Virus record (IMG/VR): IMGVR_UViG_3300043424_000316
Span: 1-64,000 of that record
DNA length: 64,000 bases
Reading direction: 5' to 3' (one strand)
Source of the DNA: a virus
The notes below the pieces were generated by a model, which made no database searches, was not told the origin of the DNA, and was given only the letters and a program-made list of their open reading frames with translations. Position 1 is the first letter of the stretch, and each line of letters opens with the position of its first letter. Shown here piece after piece: positions 1 through 8,908 of this stretch. Made by a program: the position numbers and the translations under genes.

Positions 1-265
1 CTTCTTCTTCGCCTTCGCCTTCTTCCATAGCAGGTTCTTCATCTTCACCTTCGCTATAGAATCCGTATTCTTCTACGGGTGCTTCTTCTTCACCCTCACC
101 TTCCTCGACTGGCTCCTCGGCTTCTGCCTCCTCTGCCAACTTTTTGGAAAGCATAGACTGCAAACGCGGAGTGAATGCTTCTTCCAGTGCAAGTTTAGCA
201 TTTGCTAATGCTACTTCCTTAACGGCTTTTGCATCTGCAATAGCTTCTTTCAATAAATCATTCAT
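1..265 (-). CDS. Prohead core scaffold-like protein, N-terminal part (runs off window)
   Basis: Not in ORF track. ATG at 265 with GGAGA 5 nt upstream; reads MNDLLKEAIADAKAVKEVALANAKLALEEAFTPRLQSMLSKKLAEE then a highly acidic tract, open to base 1. Position downstream of portal and protease fits a gp22-like scaffold. Confidence 0.7.
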   Translation of the reverse strand, partial: MNDLLKEAIADAKAVKEVALANAKLALEEAFTPRLQSMLSKKLAEEAEAEEPVEEGEGEEEAPVEEYGFYSEGEDEEPAMEEGEGEEE

Positions 266-282
266 AAAAATCTCCAACTATT

Positions 283-344
283 TTAGTGTTATTTGAAACA
301 CTAATTGCAATAAAAATAATATCGGACTCTATAACGGATAGAGT
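283..344 (-). promoter_or_regulatory. Two stem-loops in the 5' leader of the scaffold gene
   Basis: ttagtgtt(283-290)/aacactaa(297-304) 8-bp stem and actctat(326-332)/atagagt(338-344) 7-bp stem, lying between the promoter-like motif and the SD. Confidence 0.5.
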
Positions 345-354
345 ATTGTGTAAG

Positions 355-367
355 TATAAGTATGTAG
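355..367 (-). promoter_or_regulatory. Putative phage late-promoter motif (coding strand CTACATACTTATA)
   Basis: Variant of the intergenic motif that recurs at 5002, 6918, 25221, 33285 and 52059. Confidence 0.55.
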
Positions 368-371
368 TTAC

Positions 372-500
372 TTATTTTTTTTCGGATTTTTGTATGGAAT
401 TTTTCATAGGTCCATATTGAAATATGGATTTAGCGTCTTCTTTTGTATAAATAAATCTTTTATTTCTATTCTCGGTGTTTATTTTTACTTCTTCAGCCAT
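372..500 (-). CDS. Small 42-aa protein coupled to the ADP-ribosyltransferase
   Basis: Below ORF-track cutoff. MAEEVKINTENRNKRFIYTKEDAKSIFQYGPMKNSIQKSEKK; GAGG SD; start overlaps the ART stop by 8 nt; fills the gap up to the promoter motif. Confidence 0.6.
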   Translation of the reverse strand: MAEEVKINTENRNKRFIYTKEDAKSIFQYGPMKNSIQKSEKK

Positions 501-1785
501 AATTTTCCTCTACTAATATCTTATAGATATTTCTATTTTCATTGAATCCTTGTATTGTATATCTACAATTTCTCGGAAGTGTTACCTCTGTTTCGTGACA
601 ATAATCATTTGAATGGCACGGTAGGGTTAATATAGATGTTCCAGCAGGAATAAAAAATTCAAATAATGGTAATCTTTTTTTACCAGTTCCCTCTGATATT
701 AGCGGATTCAAAGAAGTTGTAACGAATGTTTTATCAAACCATTGACCAGCATCAACGAACATTTCTAAAACTTCTTCATTTTCAACTGATTTATATGAAA
801 CTATACTGTATTCCAACATCTGTGGTTGTTCTGAAAATGCATAATCCATTTCATATATTGTAAATGCATTCATTGCACTATTGTATATCTTTTCTCTTGC
901 ATCGCCTTCTTTTGGTTTACCCAACTGAATTTGTGTTTTTATTTCTTGTTTGGTTACTGATGGTTTTGAAAACCTTATTATGTTGTTTATCTTATCAGAA
1001 TTTACATAGAAATGTTTCAATGCCATTATAGTCTGTTTATCAAGTTGACCTTTACTTATCAGACTATGTTTAGATACCGCAATAGATTCCACTTTTTTGT
1101 ATAGTTTTGAAAATTTAACCTTATCGTCACCAACACTCAAATCATACATATCGATTATATCTTCGTAATCGTATCGTAATAAAGCATCTCTTGTTTCTGG
1201 ATATAAATTATCTGTTTTTATATCTAATTTTTCAACATCTACTTTATTCAAAAAACCAACAGTTTTCAAACCAGTCTTTTCCTCATTAGGTTCTTTTGGT
1301 GTTTCTGTTGGAGTTTCGGTTGGTGTTTCAGTTGCAGGTGTATCTGCTGCCGGTTCTTCCGTTGGCGTTTCCGCAGCCGGTTCTTCTGTTGGAGTTTCGG
1401 TTGGGGTTTCTGCCGCCGGTTCTTCTGTTGGAGTTTCGGTTGGGGTTTCTGCCGCCGGTTCTTCTGTTGGAGTTTCGGTTGGGGTTTCAGTTGGAGTTTC
1501 CGCAGCCGGTTCTTCTGTTGGAGTTTCAACTGGAGTTTCTGCTGCAGGTTCTTCTTCTTCCTTTTTAGGTTCTTTTGGTACAGACTTTTGATGTTTTGCA
1601 GGATCAAAATTCTTTTTACTTATGTAATAAGATTTACCACTCTCTTTGTTCACTACAAGCATTTTGTCTGGATTTTCACTTGCAGGTTTATCGTCTTCCT
1701 CGTATAATGAAAAAGACCTTTCCAGGTTTTCAATAACTTTTCGTGTTTCTTCACGAATTAGTTTTTCAAGACTAGCAAAGGTCAT
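493..1785 (-). CDS. ADP-ribosyltransferase (VIP2/C3/T4 Alt-like) with Pro/Thr/Glu-rich linker
   Basis: C-terminal domain has LKHFY..S.KINNIIR, SYKSV (K at the catalytic Arg position), FVTTS (STS motif) and HETEVTLPR (ExE). Start placed at ATG 1785 behind GGAGA; the track start at 1815 overlaps bS21. Confidence 0.75.
   Translation of the reverse strand: MTFASLEKLIREETRKVIENLERSFSLYEEDDKPASENPDKMLVVNKESGKSYYISKKNFDPAKHQKSVPKEPKKEEEEPAAETPVETPTEEPAAETPTETPTETPTEEPAAETPTETPTEEPAAETPTETPTEEPAAETPTEEPAADTPATETPTETPTETPKEPNEEKTGLKTVGFLNKVDVEKLDIKTDNLYPETRDALLRYDYEDIIDMYDLSVGDDKVKFSKLYKKVESIAVSKHSLISKGQLDKQTIMALKHFYVNSDKINNIIRFSKPSVTKQEIKTQIQLGKPKEGDAREKIYNSAMNAFTIYEMDYAFSEQPQMLEYSIVSYKSVENEEVLEMFVDAGQWFDKTFVTTSLNPLISEGTGKKRLPLFEFFIPAGTSILTLPCHSNDYCHETEVTLPRNCRYTIQGFNENRNIYKILVEENYG
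1300..1560. repeat. Coding tandem repeat (39-bp unit encoding AAETPTETPTEEP)
   Basis: ggttcttctgttggagtttcggttggggtttctgccgcc repeated near-perfectly from 1379, with degenerate flanking copies. Confidence 0.9.
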
Positions 1786-1795
1786 TTCTTCTCCA

Positions 1796-2023
1796 TTAAA
1801 TGTTTTCAGAATCAAATTTGCGTTGTCTCCTTATCGCAGCATTTCTTTTTTCTGATTTCTTCTTTGATGGTTTAATATATTCCATACGATTTTTATATTC
1901 TTCGAGAATACCGGCTTCTTTTACTTTACGCTTAAAAACCTTAATCATCGTATCTATATTCATTCCACCTGCTTTAACTTTTACATGGGCAGGTTTTGAA
2001 TTGGTATAAACTCTGTCTGACAT
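1796..2023 (-). CDS. rpsU: Phage-encoded 30S ribosomal protein bS21
   Basis: 75 aa, basic; NIDTMIKVFKRKV..AGILEEYKNRMEYIKPS matches the bS21 pattern (ID.ALRRFKRK...G...E.R.R..Y.KPS); AAGGA SD. Confidence 0.88.
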   Translation of the reverse strand: MSDRVYTNSKPAHVKVKAGGMNIDTMIKVFKRKVKEAGILEEYKNRMEYIKPSKKKSEKRNAAIRRQRKFDSENI

Positions 2024-2036
2024 AACATCTTCCTTA

Positions 2037-2633
2037 TTATTTTTTTATTTCATAAAATGATCCGAGTTGTTTACCTATATTTTCGTAGATAGACTCCAAG
2101 GTTCTTTGTAACTTAGTTATTCTTTCTGATATTTTTTGAAACTCATTTACAGATTCTTTCAATCTCTTTGAATTTCTTTTATGTGAAACACCTTCAAACC
2201 AATCACCAGATTCTTCAACCATATTCTTAGTTGCAAATTCAACCATTCTTTTGATTTCAGATACTATTTCTGGAAGTTGTTTTGAACGATGTATTACTGA
2301 ACGATATTCATTGTATCTAGAAATTGCCTCAATATACTGTTGTTTTTGTTCAGATGTTAGAACTTTTGTACTGAACTTCTCATTCATTACTTCTTGAACT
2401 GCATCAGCAACTAATTGATTTATTTCTTCCTTAGTCATTGTTGTTTTTGTTTCACCAACTTTTTTTGGAATACCTTTATGTTTTGTACTGGCATATTTTT
2501 CAAGTTCTTTTTCGGACATTGAATTTGCTAATTGTTTTACTGTTTTAGTAACATCCGATGCAGGTACTTTACCTCTTTTGTAAGCAAGTGCCAAGCCCAT
2601 AAGTTTTTGTTGTTGTTGGGATAATGCCGGCAT
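2037..2633 (-). CDS. DUF3008-like N-terminal domain plus coiled coil; likely head-associated
   Basis: MPALSQQQQKLMGLALAYKRG...SMSEKELEKYASTKHKGIP resembles DUF3008; located in head module. Confidence 0.55.
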   Translation of the reverse strand: MPALSQQQQKLMGLALAYKRGKVPASDVTKTVKQLANSMSEKELEKYASTKHKGIPKKVGETKTTMTKEEINQLVADAVQEVMNEKFSTKVLTSEQKQQYIEAISRYNEYRSVIHRSKQLPEIVSEIKRMVEFATKNMVEESGDWFEGVSHKRNSKRLKESVNEFQKISERITKLQRTLESIYENIGKQLGSFYEIKK

Positions 2634-2635
2634 TT

Positions 2636-3307
2636 TTATTTCCCCTCAAATATACATTCACAAACATTTCCGATTTCACATATAATGTTTGTTATGTTGT
2701 TATGAATGCGTTGTATTTTAGGATCAATTTTTGAAATAGTTTTCGTACTTATTCCTTCTGTTATCAGTCCTTCATTGATACCCTCATGCATACTATCTGG
2801 ATACATAAATGCACCATGAGTTGATGGGTTAGATACAAAATCCCAACCAATCAATTCAAAATCATCTTGAACCTCAACGGTTCCTTCACTTATTTCCTCA
2901 ACAGAACCCAACCCTCTTGATGAAATACCAAGACGAATACCTGCACCAAGTAGTTGTTTCAATATATTTCCAGATGGTGTTGGTAATATCTCAACTGTAC
3001 CAACCACATCATTTCCTTTCCATTGTACGCCAAGAACATTGTGAGAAACGTTACGAAGATTTATCACTGATGAATCTGGATGGTCAAGTTCACCGAGAGC
3101 ACGATTCTCTTTTATATTAGTATCTGCATACTTTTTAACTTCACGCATTAAAATCTTTTTTGGATATACTCTACCATTTTGATTTTTTGCCTCTGCTCTT
3201 TGTAATACTCCCGAAACTATAACTTTGCCATTATTTCTTTTTTCAGATTCTGCAATCATCTTTGGACTTGCACTAAAAAGAATAGTATCTACGAGTAGTT
3301 CTTTCAT
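2636..3307 (-). CDS. Prohead core protein protease (T4 gp21-like)
   Basis: GVLQRAEAKNQNGRVYP, ALGELDHP, LGISSRGLGS, WDFVSNPST motifs; start at MKELL (AGGTG SD), track start 3316. Confidence 0.93.
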   Translation of the reverse strand: MKELLVDTILFSASPKMIAESEKRNNGKVIVSGVLQRAEAKNQNGRVYPKKILMREVKKYADTNIKENRALGELDHPDSSVINLRNVSHNVLGVQWKGNDVVGTVEILPTPSGNILKQLLGAGIRLGISSRGLGSVEEISEGTVEVQDDFELIGWDFVSNPSTHGAFMYPDSMHEGINEGLITEGISTKTISKIDPKIQRIHNNITNIICEIGNVCECIFEGK

Positions 3308-3308
3308 A

Positions 3309-3812
3309 TTAAGCACCTAATTCATTTATTTTTTTGGTAATTCTATTTATTCTTTCGGATATTTTTCTCAACCTTGACATAGATTCACCCCAAAGAGTTC
3401 TTTGGTCAACATTCATTTCTGTTTTTAATTTTAATGCATGTTCAACAACTCTTTCTACTTCATATATCGTTCTATTTATACTTTTAATCGAATCGTTTAT
3501 TTTTCTATTTGTACTACGACTCTCATCTTTACGAAATTCTTTGTATGTTGCTTCGTTTATTACACCCATTGCTTGTTTGTAAACGGATTCATAGTTTCTT
3601 TTTTTAGTCTTTGGAACAATTTTATACCCATAGACTTCTGCAGTTTCTTTGTTGTGTTCTTCAAAATCATCTTCACTAGCAGCAAATGCATTAGGTGTCT
3701 GATATCCTGGAACGGAAGCAGTTGTGCTCATTTCATCAAGAGACATTTCTTCAACAAATTCTCTATAATCTTCTGATTCTTTAAGTTTTCTTATGAAAGA
3801 TTCTACATTCAT
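3309..3812 (-). CDS. Hypothetical head-module protein
   Basis: 167-aa ORF with SD; E-MSTTASVPGYQTPNAF segment and C-terminal helical bundle. Confidence 0.6.
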   Translation of the reverse strand: MNVESFIRKLKESEDYREFVEEMSLDEMSTTASVPGYQTPNAFAASEDDFEEHNKETAEVYGYKIVPKTKKRNYESVYKQAMGVINEATYKEFRKDESRSTNRKINDSIKSINRTIYEVERVVEHALKLKTEMNVDQRTLWGESMSRLRKISERINRITKKINELGA

Positions 3813-3815
3813 ATA

Positions 3816-4124
3816 TTACCTAATAACTTGATTACGAATTAGTACATAAGAATCTGCACCACCTTGAATATGTTCAATAGATAATTCGGTGAGCATTGTC
3901 TTTGGCAAATGGCCGATGTCTATTGTTCCACCACCGGTAAGATATGCCGTACCTGCAGCACTACCGTATGGTATAATTGCACCTGCACCATAGTTTGAAC
4001 CTGTAAACCAAATTGATCCAGAAACCGGAATAGATTTCAACCATTTTCCAGGATGTCCTTTTCTTTCAAATTCATTTGCCTTTGATGCTGGAAAATTATA
4101 TGGGTGTACTTCATTAACTGACAT
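3816..4124 (-). CDS. Hypothetical protein (possible head decoration)
   Basis: 102-aa beta-rich ORF, GGAG SD, TAATG overlap with upstream gene. Confidence 0.55.
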   Translation of the reverse strand: MSVNEVHPYNFPASKANEFERKGHPGKWLKSIPVSGSIWFTGSNYGAGAIIPYGSAAGTAYLTGGGTIDIGHLPKTMLTELSIEHIQGGADSYVLIRNQVIR

Positions 4125-4966
4125 TATTTACTCCATGATAAATCATCTATTAAACTGTAATAACGAAGTAGAGCAGATATATGATTTTCTTCTACCTTCT
4201 TAATACCTTCATATTCATCCAAAAGACCAACTACTTCTTGCAATTTTATTTTCAAAGATTTATCCTTTACTCTATGCATGTTTTTAGTGAAAAGTCTTTT
4301 TATAGTAACCGCTTCTGTTTGAACGAGGGACTTCAAGTTATTAGTGTTACTTACATTTTCAATATACTCTCTAAGCAATACCTTCTGTGATTCAGAAAGA
4401 TTACTATATTTCGCGTTGAACTTCTCCACCAAATACTTGTATGCCATTAAACGAACTTCTTTTGGTTCATTTGCAATAGCAACATCTTCTGTTATCACAG
4501 AACTTTTTGATTTTGAAGTTATATTTTCAAGTATTGTTATTCTTGATTTTGTAATTTCAACCGGATTTTCCAATTCATTGTATTCAAATATCTTGTAAAC
4601 AGATGCAAGAAGTTTGTAATTTTGAACTTTTGTTTGGAAAAATGAATCAATATCAAAGTTTTCTTTTATTGTTTTTATCAATTCATACTTTTCATTGTTC
4701 AACTTATTTCTGTTTAGCCCCCTTCTTGCCTTTAATACTGCTTCTATTAACATATTTGCCTTTGTGTCTGACTTCAATCTTTCATCACAAAGAGTCTTAT
4801 ACAGCTTATATTCTTTGATAAGTTCTGTATTTTTGTTAAAATGTTTTTTTAGAATCTGTATAGCAATGGATTCATTGGAAGAAATAATGTCCGAAGTTAT
4901 TTGTCTTGTTAATAACTCGAACAACATTCCAGTATTTTTGAATTTTGAATGCTTGATTTTCTTCAT
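4124..4966 (-). CDS. Hypothetical helical protein directly downstream of portal
   Basis: 280 aa, begins KIKHSKFKNTGMLFELLTRQI; has its own promoter-like motif at 5002-5013. Confidence 0.65.
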   Translation of the reverse strand: MKKIKHSKFKNTGMLFELLTRQITSDIISSNESIAIQILKKHFNKNTELIKEYKLYKTLCDERLKSDTKANMLIEAVLKARRGLNRNKLNNEKYELIKTIKENFDIDSFFQTKVQNYKLLASVYKIFEYNELENPVEITKSRITILENITSKSKSSVITEDVAIANEPKEVRLMAYKYLVEKFNAKYSNLSESQKVLLREYIENVSNTNNLKSLVQTEAVTIKRLFTKNMHRVKDKSLKIKLQEVVGLLDEYEGIKKVEENHISALLRYYSLIDDLSWSK

Positions 4967-5001
4967 TTTTCCTTATACCTGTTTGTGTGCACTTTCATAG
5001 A

Positions 5002-5013
5002 ATAAATATAGAG
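5002..5013 (-). promoter_or_regulatory. Putative late-promoter motif (CTCTATATTTAT)
   Basis: Intergenic copy of the recurrent motif, 35 nt upstream of ATG 4966. Confidence 0.55.
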
Positions 5014-5017
5014 AAAA

Positions 5018-6886
5018 TTACAATTCATCTAATAAATTGTTTTCATCTAGTAAATTTGAATCATTTTCTTTTTTATTCGCCGGTTTAAGACTTTCCGATA
5101 TTATACTCTTAGTTTTTATCTTAATTCCAGACATACTTCCAATAAGTTTTTCAATATCACGATTTTCAAGAGAAAGGGGTGAATTTCCTTTGTGATTTGC
5201 CTTTGGTGAACTATTTACTTTAAGAGTGTTACCAACGTCTTTCATTCCAATCGGATCCCTTCCAAAAGGACTCTTATCAGTTCCATAGTTCAAGTTCTTA
5301 GCAGGTCTACCTGCACCAGGCCAACCACCATCTGGAACCTCATTATCATTTATCATCTTATACCCACTACCACGAATCTGCATACTTGCAATATCATGTG
5401 GAGTTCCGAAAGATTCCTTTGTAATAGCTGGATCATTTCCTTCATTTTCAATTTGTTTTTGACGGAATGCATGTTTAATGTCTTCAAGAACTTCATTCTT
5501 TTCAAACTCTGCCTCATCTTCTGATAGATTGAAAATGTTTGAATAAATATATTTCAATGAAAACAATTTCTTTTCAATCAATGTACCAGCCAAATCTACC
5601 TTTTCTTTCATAAGAGCAACTTTTTCTTGTTCATATATGATAGATGGTCCAGTTAAACTCAATTCAAAATTCACAAGGTCTGCATTTTCATAACCTTGTG
5701 CATAAAGATGTACAATAGCAATCTTTGTCAGTTCGGATATTACAATTCTTTGTATTCTTTCTATTGTTCTAGCAAAACGAATATCAAGAGCAGCGAGTGT
5801 TGCCTTACCTTCGGTTCTTTCATCATAGCCCAAATAAGGTTTTGGTACTTTAAGAGCTGCAAAGATTTTTGACTTTAAGTATTCAATATCTTGGATAGAA
5901 TCGTATTGTAATCCGGCGAGAGTTTCAATAGAAGTACCTGATTGTCCACCACGAACTGGAAGATAAAAGTCTTCTAAAAGATTCTGCATATTAAAACGAA
6001 GATTGTAGTCACCGGTTTGTTCATTGATAACTGGTGTCTTTTTCATTCGATTCATAAGATTGTTCATATATTGATCAACTTCAGCAGGAGGAATGTTACC
6101 AATATCTACTTTGAATATCCTTTTTTCAGGTGCTCTCATAATACGATGTATCAACATCGCATCTTCCATGAGTAATAACTGTTTGTAAAGTTTTCTTGCA
6201 CCTTCCAACATAGACTTTCCGTATGGTAAAAAGTTTGTATCACCAAGAAGACGAAAGTGTGCTATCTCGTAATTCTGAAATTCACCTTTTCCAAGAGGAC
6301 CTTCATAAATAAATTTTGTCATATAGATATGTTCTGGATCAGTTCCTTCTTCTCTTTGCATTTCATATGGTGAAAACGGAACAACATTTGTTACACCCAA
6401 TTCATCCTTAACATCCAAGTAAAGATAAAAGTCACCATACTTACAAAGATTACGAATCCAAGGCCATAGGTTATATTCTATATTAAGAACATCGTAAAAA
6501 AGATTACGAAGAATTTTTCTTATATTATCATTGTCTGTTCTAATCGTAAGAACATCACCCAAATCGTTTTTTAATGTACTTTCGTCTGAATATATGTCAA
6601 GAGCAGATGAGATTATAGCATCCGTGTCCATTGCCTCATAATCAGTGTATAGATCTATTTTTGTAGCAGAAAAAGAATTGTATTGATTGTATACTGATAT
6701 TGGAGTACCCTTTGTTCCATGTAATCTACCGTATCTATCAATGACTTTTGACGTGTGTGGGTTTCCATCGGCTTGATAACGGGCAGTATCAACAACTTTT
6801 AATTTTTTACCCCCAACATTACGAACAACAACATTGGTGGAAAAAAGTGTCTTTAATCTGTCAAATAATGATTTTCCTTGAGCCAT
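5018..6886 (-). CDS. Portal protein (T4 gp20-like)
   Basis: YEAMDTDAIISSALDIY, LMEDAMLIHRIMRAPEKRIFKVDIGN, EDFYLPVRGG, IEYLKSKIFAALKVP motifs. Confidence 0.95.
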   Translation of the reverse strand: MAQGKSLFDRLKTLFSTNVVVRNVGGKKLKVVDTARYQADGNPHTSKVIDRYGRLHGTKGTPISVYNQYNSFSATKIDLYTDYEAMDTDAIISSALDIYSDESTLKNDLGDVLTIRTDNDNIRKILRNLFYDVLNIEYNLWPWIRNLCKYGDFYLYLDVKDELGVTNVVPFSPYEMQREEGTDPEHIYMTKFIYEGPLGKGEFQNYEIAHFRLLGDTNFLPYGKSMLEGARKLYKQLLLMEDAMLIHRIMRAPEKRIFKVDIGNIPPAEVDQYMNNLMNRMKKTPVINEQTGDYNLRFNMQNLLEDFYLPVRGGQSGTSIETLAGLQYDSIQDIEYLKSKIFAALKVPKPYLGYDERTEGKATLAALDIRFARTIERIQRIVISELTKIAIVHLYAQGYENADLVNFELSLTGPSIIYEQEKVALMKEKVDLAGTLIEKKLFSLKYIYSNIFNLSEDEAEFEKNEVLEDIKHAFRQKQIENEGNDPAITKESFGTPHDIASMQIRGSGYKMINDNEVPDGGWPGAGRPAKNLNYGTDKSPFGRDPIGMKDVGNTLKVNSSPKANHKGNSPLSLENRDIEKLIGSMSGIKIKTKSIISESLKPANKKENDSNLLDENNLLDEL

Positions 6887-6917
6887 TTGTCACCTATTAT
6901 GTATAATGTAAACTTAA

Positions 6918-6930
6918 TATAAATATGTAG
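6918..6930 (-). promoter_or_regulatory. Putative late-promoter motif (CTACATATTTATA)
   Basis: Intergenic, about 31 nt upstream of portal ATG. Confidence 0.6.
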
Positions 6931-6945
6931 GAAAAATTGTAAACG

Positions 6946-8538
6946 TTATTTTAACAACCAAGTCAAATCTTCATTTTGACCATTTATGTTCATGCTCCAT
7001 CCATTACTATCATCACCAAATTGATATGATGGTTTATGTGGAACGGATGCCTTTCCCATGTAATCTAAACTCATTCTCGTTTTCATCAAACCTTCTTGAC
7101 GAAGTTTTATTGCAGTATCTCTAACCCACAATCCTATTGAGAATGACATAACCAAATCGTCATTGTATCCAGATTGTGCTTCGGCTTTTGAACCATTCCA
7201 AACGAATACAAGAAGTTCTTCGGTTAATCTAGCAGATTTTATTATAGGTGCCCTTTCACGAAAATAAGTTTCTAATTTGGAAATCAATAATGGTCTAGTT
7301 TTTGCACTTGTAGTAAATCCAGGAACCATTTGTGATTTATCTTTTAAGTCATAACCTTTCGGAATTTGCACAGATGGATCAACATATCCATCTTCTTTGT
7401 ATGTATAGTATAGATTTGGATAACCCCTATCTATAACTTGTTGAATAACAGCCCAACCAACATTTGCATTTTCAATAACAAGCATTGCGTCATTGTATTC
7501 AGTTGCAACTGATACTAACATATTACCGTATGATTTTGTATCAAGTTTTCCACGATATTCTGCAACCTGTTCTAAATTATCAACATCGATTACATGGAAT
7601 GCTGAATTGTCATTTCCATCACCACGAGCAACATCTGCTACAACAATGTAAGTTTTTGAAGGATCAGGATAATCCCATATCCAATAAGCATCTTCTGCTC
7701 CACGTTTTTCTTTTGGCTCACATACAAAGGTTTCTCTATACCATTGAACCAATTCACCATCAATAACAGAACGACCAGATGCAAGAAAGTTTCCATCACA
7801 TTCTTGTTTTGCCATATCTGGACCGAGAAGTACATCCTGCTCGTCTCTCCAAGATTGGTCACGGTCTGGATGAACTTGCCATAATAATTCTATTGGATTA
7901 AAAGCACTCTCCCCTAATGTTGCCTTTACCCATTGTTTATGGTAAAAGTTTCCAACACCGTTTGGAGTTGAGTTGATAATAGCAGTACCACCAGTTGCTA
8001 GTGTCTGTTGTGCAGATGCCCATATCTTATCTATGCCATCAATAAAGGCGGCCTCATCGATAATAAGAAGTGACAATGCTTCAGAACGGGCAGAGTCAGC
8101 GGCAGCAGAAACAGCTTTAATCTGTGAACCATTCTTAAAACGAAGTGATAATTTGTTATCTTCTTGTACACCAGTCTTTAACCAACTTGGCATATTATCA
8201 TACATAACACGAACTTTCGTAACCAAGTTCTTTGCCGTTTCTTGTTTAGTTGCAATAACAAGGATATTCTTATCTTGATTAAACAACATCAACCAAAGTG
8301 AATAACCTGCAATAAGAGTAGATATACCCAACTGACGAGATTTTAGAACTATATTCCACCGATGACTATTAAATTCTTTGAGAACATCTTCCTGAAATGG
8401 ATATAACTCGAATAGTATCTTGCCACGAGTTGGATGTTGAATCTTTGCATACCTTTTCATAAAATATATCGGATTGGACGCACATTTTGCGTATTCCTCT
8501 TTTATGATCTCTTTTAGATTTTTAGTTGTTTGACTCAT
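6946..8538 (-). CDS. terL: Terminase large subunit (T4 gp17-like)
   Basis: LYPFQ Q-motif, KSRQLGIST Walker A, LLIIDEAAF Walker B, STPNG motif, VVADVARG and DDLVMS RNase H-like nuclease motifs. Confidence 0.96.
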   Translation of the reverse strand: MSQTTKNLKEIIKEEYAKCASNPIYFMKRYAKIQHPTRGKILFELYPFQEDVLKEFNSHRWNIVLKSRQLGISTLIAGYSLWLMLFNQDKNILVIATKQETAKNLVTKVRVMYDNMPSWLKTGVQEDNKLSLRFKNGSQIKAVSAAADSARSEALSLLIIDEAAFIDGIDKIWASAQQTLATGGTAIINSTPNGVGNFYHKQWVKATLGESAFNPIELLWQVHPDRDQSWRDEQDVLLGPDMAKQECDGNFLASGRSVIDGELVQWYRETFVCEPKEKRGAEDAYWIWDYPDPSKTYIVVADVARGDGNDNSAFHVIDVDNLEQVAEYRGKLDTKSYGNMLVSVATEYNDAMLVIENANVGWAVIQQVIDRGYPNLYYTYKEDGYVDPSVQIPKGYDLKDKSQMVPGFTTSAKTRPLLISKLETYFRERAPIIKSARLTEELLVFVWNGSKAEAQSGYNDDLVMSFSIGLWVRDTAIKLRQEGLMKTRMSLDYMGKASVPHKPSYQFGDDSNGWSMNINGQNEDLTWLLK

Positions 8539-8906
8539 TGTACTGCTAAAATTATTCCAACAACAGAAGCTGCTCCAGTTAGGAACCAGAGAAATTTATT
8601 ATCGTACCAACGAGGTTGTAGTTCTTCATTTATTTTTTCAAGTTCTTTGCCTCTTTTTTGACAAGCATCAATAACTTGATCACGATTATTTAATTGTTTC
8701 ATAAACATATCAGATCTAGATTGATATAGGTCTATAACCGTATCCTGTGCATCAACTACTGTTTTTAAGTAATCGATAGAATCTTTCAATAGTTGTATTT
8801 TATTTGCAAGTAATGTTATTTCTTTTTTATTAAAACAATAAATCGAATCTTTTTCTGTGGCAAACAAAGTTACAGTTGAAAACATTAAAGCCAAAACATA
8901 TTTCAT
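8535..8906 (-). CDS. Membrane protein: signal peptide, coiled coil, C-terminal TM (spanin-like candidate)
   Basis: Hydrophobic N-terminus, heptad core, PRWYDNKFLWFLTGAASVVGIILAV tail. Confidence 0.45.
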   Translation of the reverse strand: MKYVLALMFSTVTLFATEKDSIYCFNKKEITLLANKIQLLKDSIDYLKTVVDAQDTVIDLYQSRSDMFMKQLNNRDQVIDACQKRGKELEKINEELQPRWYDNKFLWFLTGAASVVGIILAVQ

Positions 8907-8908
8907 AA

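Noticed and set aside
411-428. Hairpin tccatat/atatgga as an intrinsic terminator
   Set aside because: AT-rich 7-bp stem without a following U-tract on the coding strand, lying inside the 42-aa ORF.
1266-1607. Alternative-frame and antisense ORFs over the ART linker
   Set aside because: By-products of the 39-bp coding repeat lacking stops; no SD and no independent features.
6918-6925. TATAAATA on the + strand as T4 late promoters driving + strand genes
   Set aside because: No credible + strand genes; motif position is consistently just upstream of minus-strand starts. Antisense transcription cannot be excluded without data.
6946-8538. Intein or intron in TerL (or portal, primase)
   Set aside because: Lengths are ordinary and motifs are contiguous; no splicing or homing-endonuclease motifs seen.
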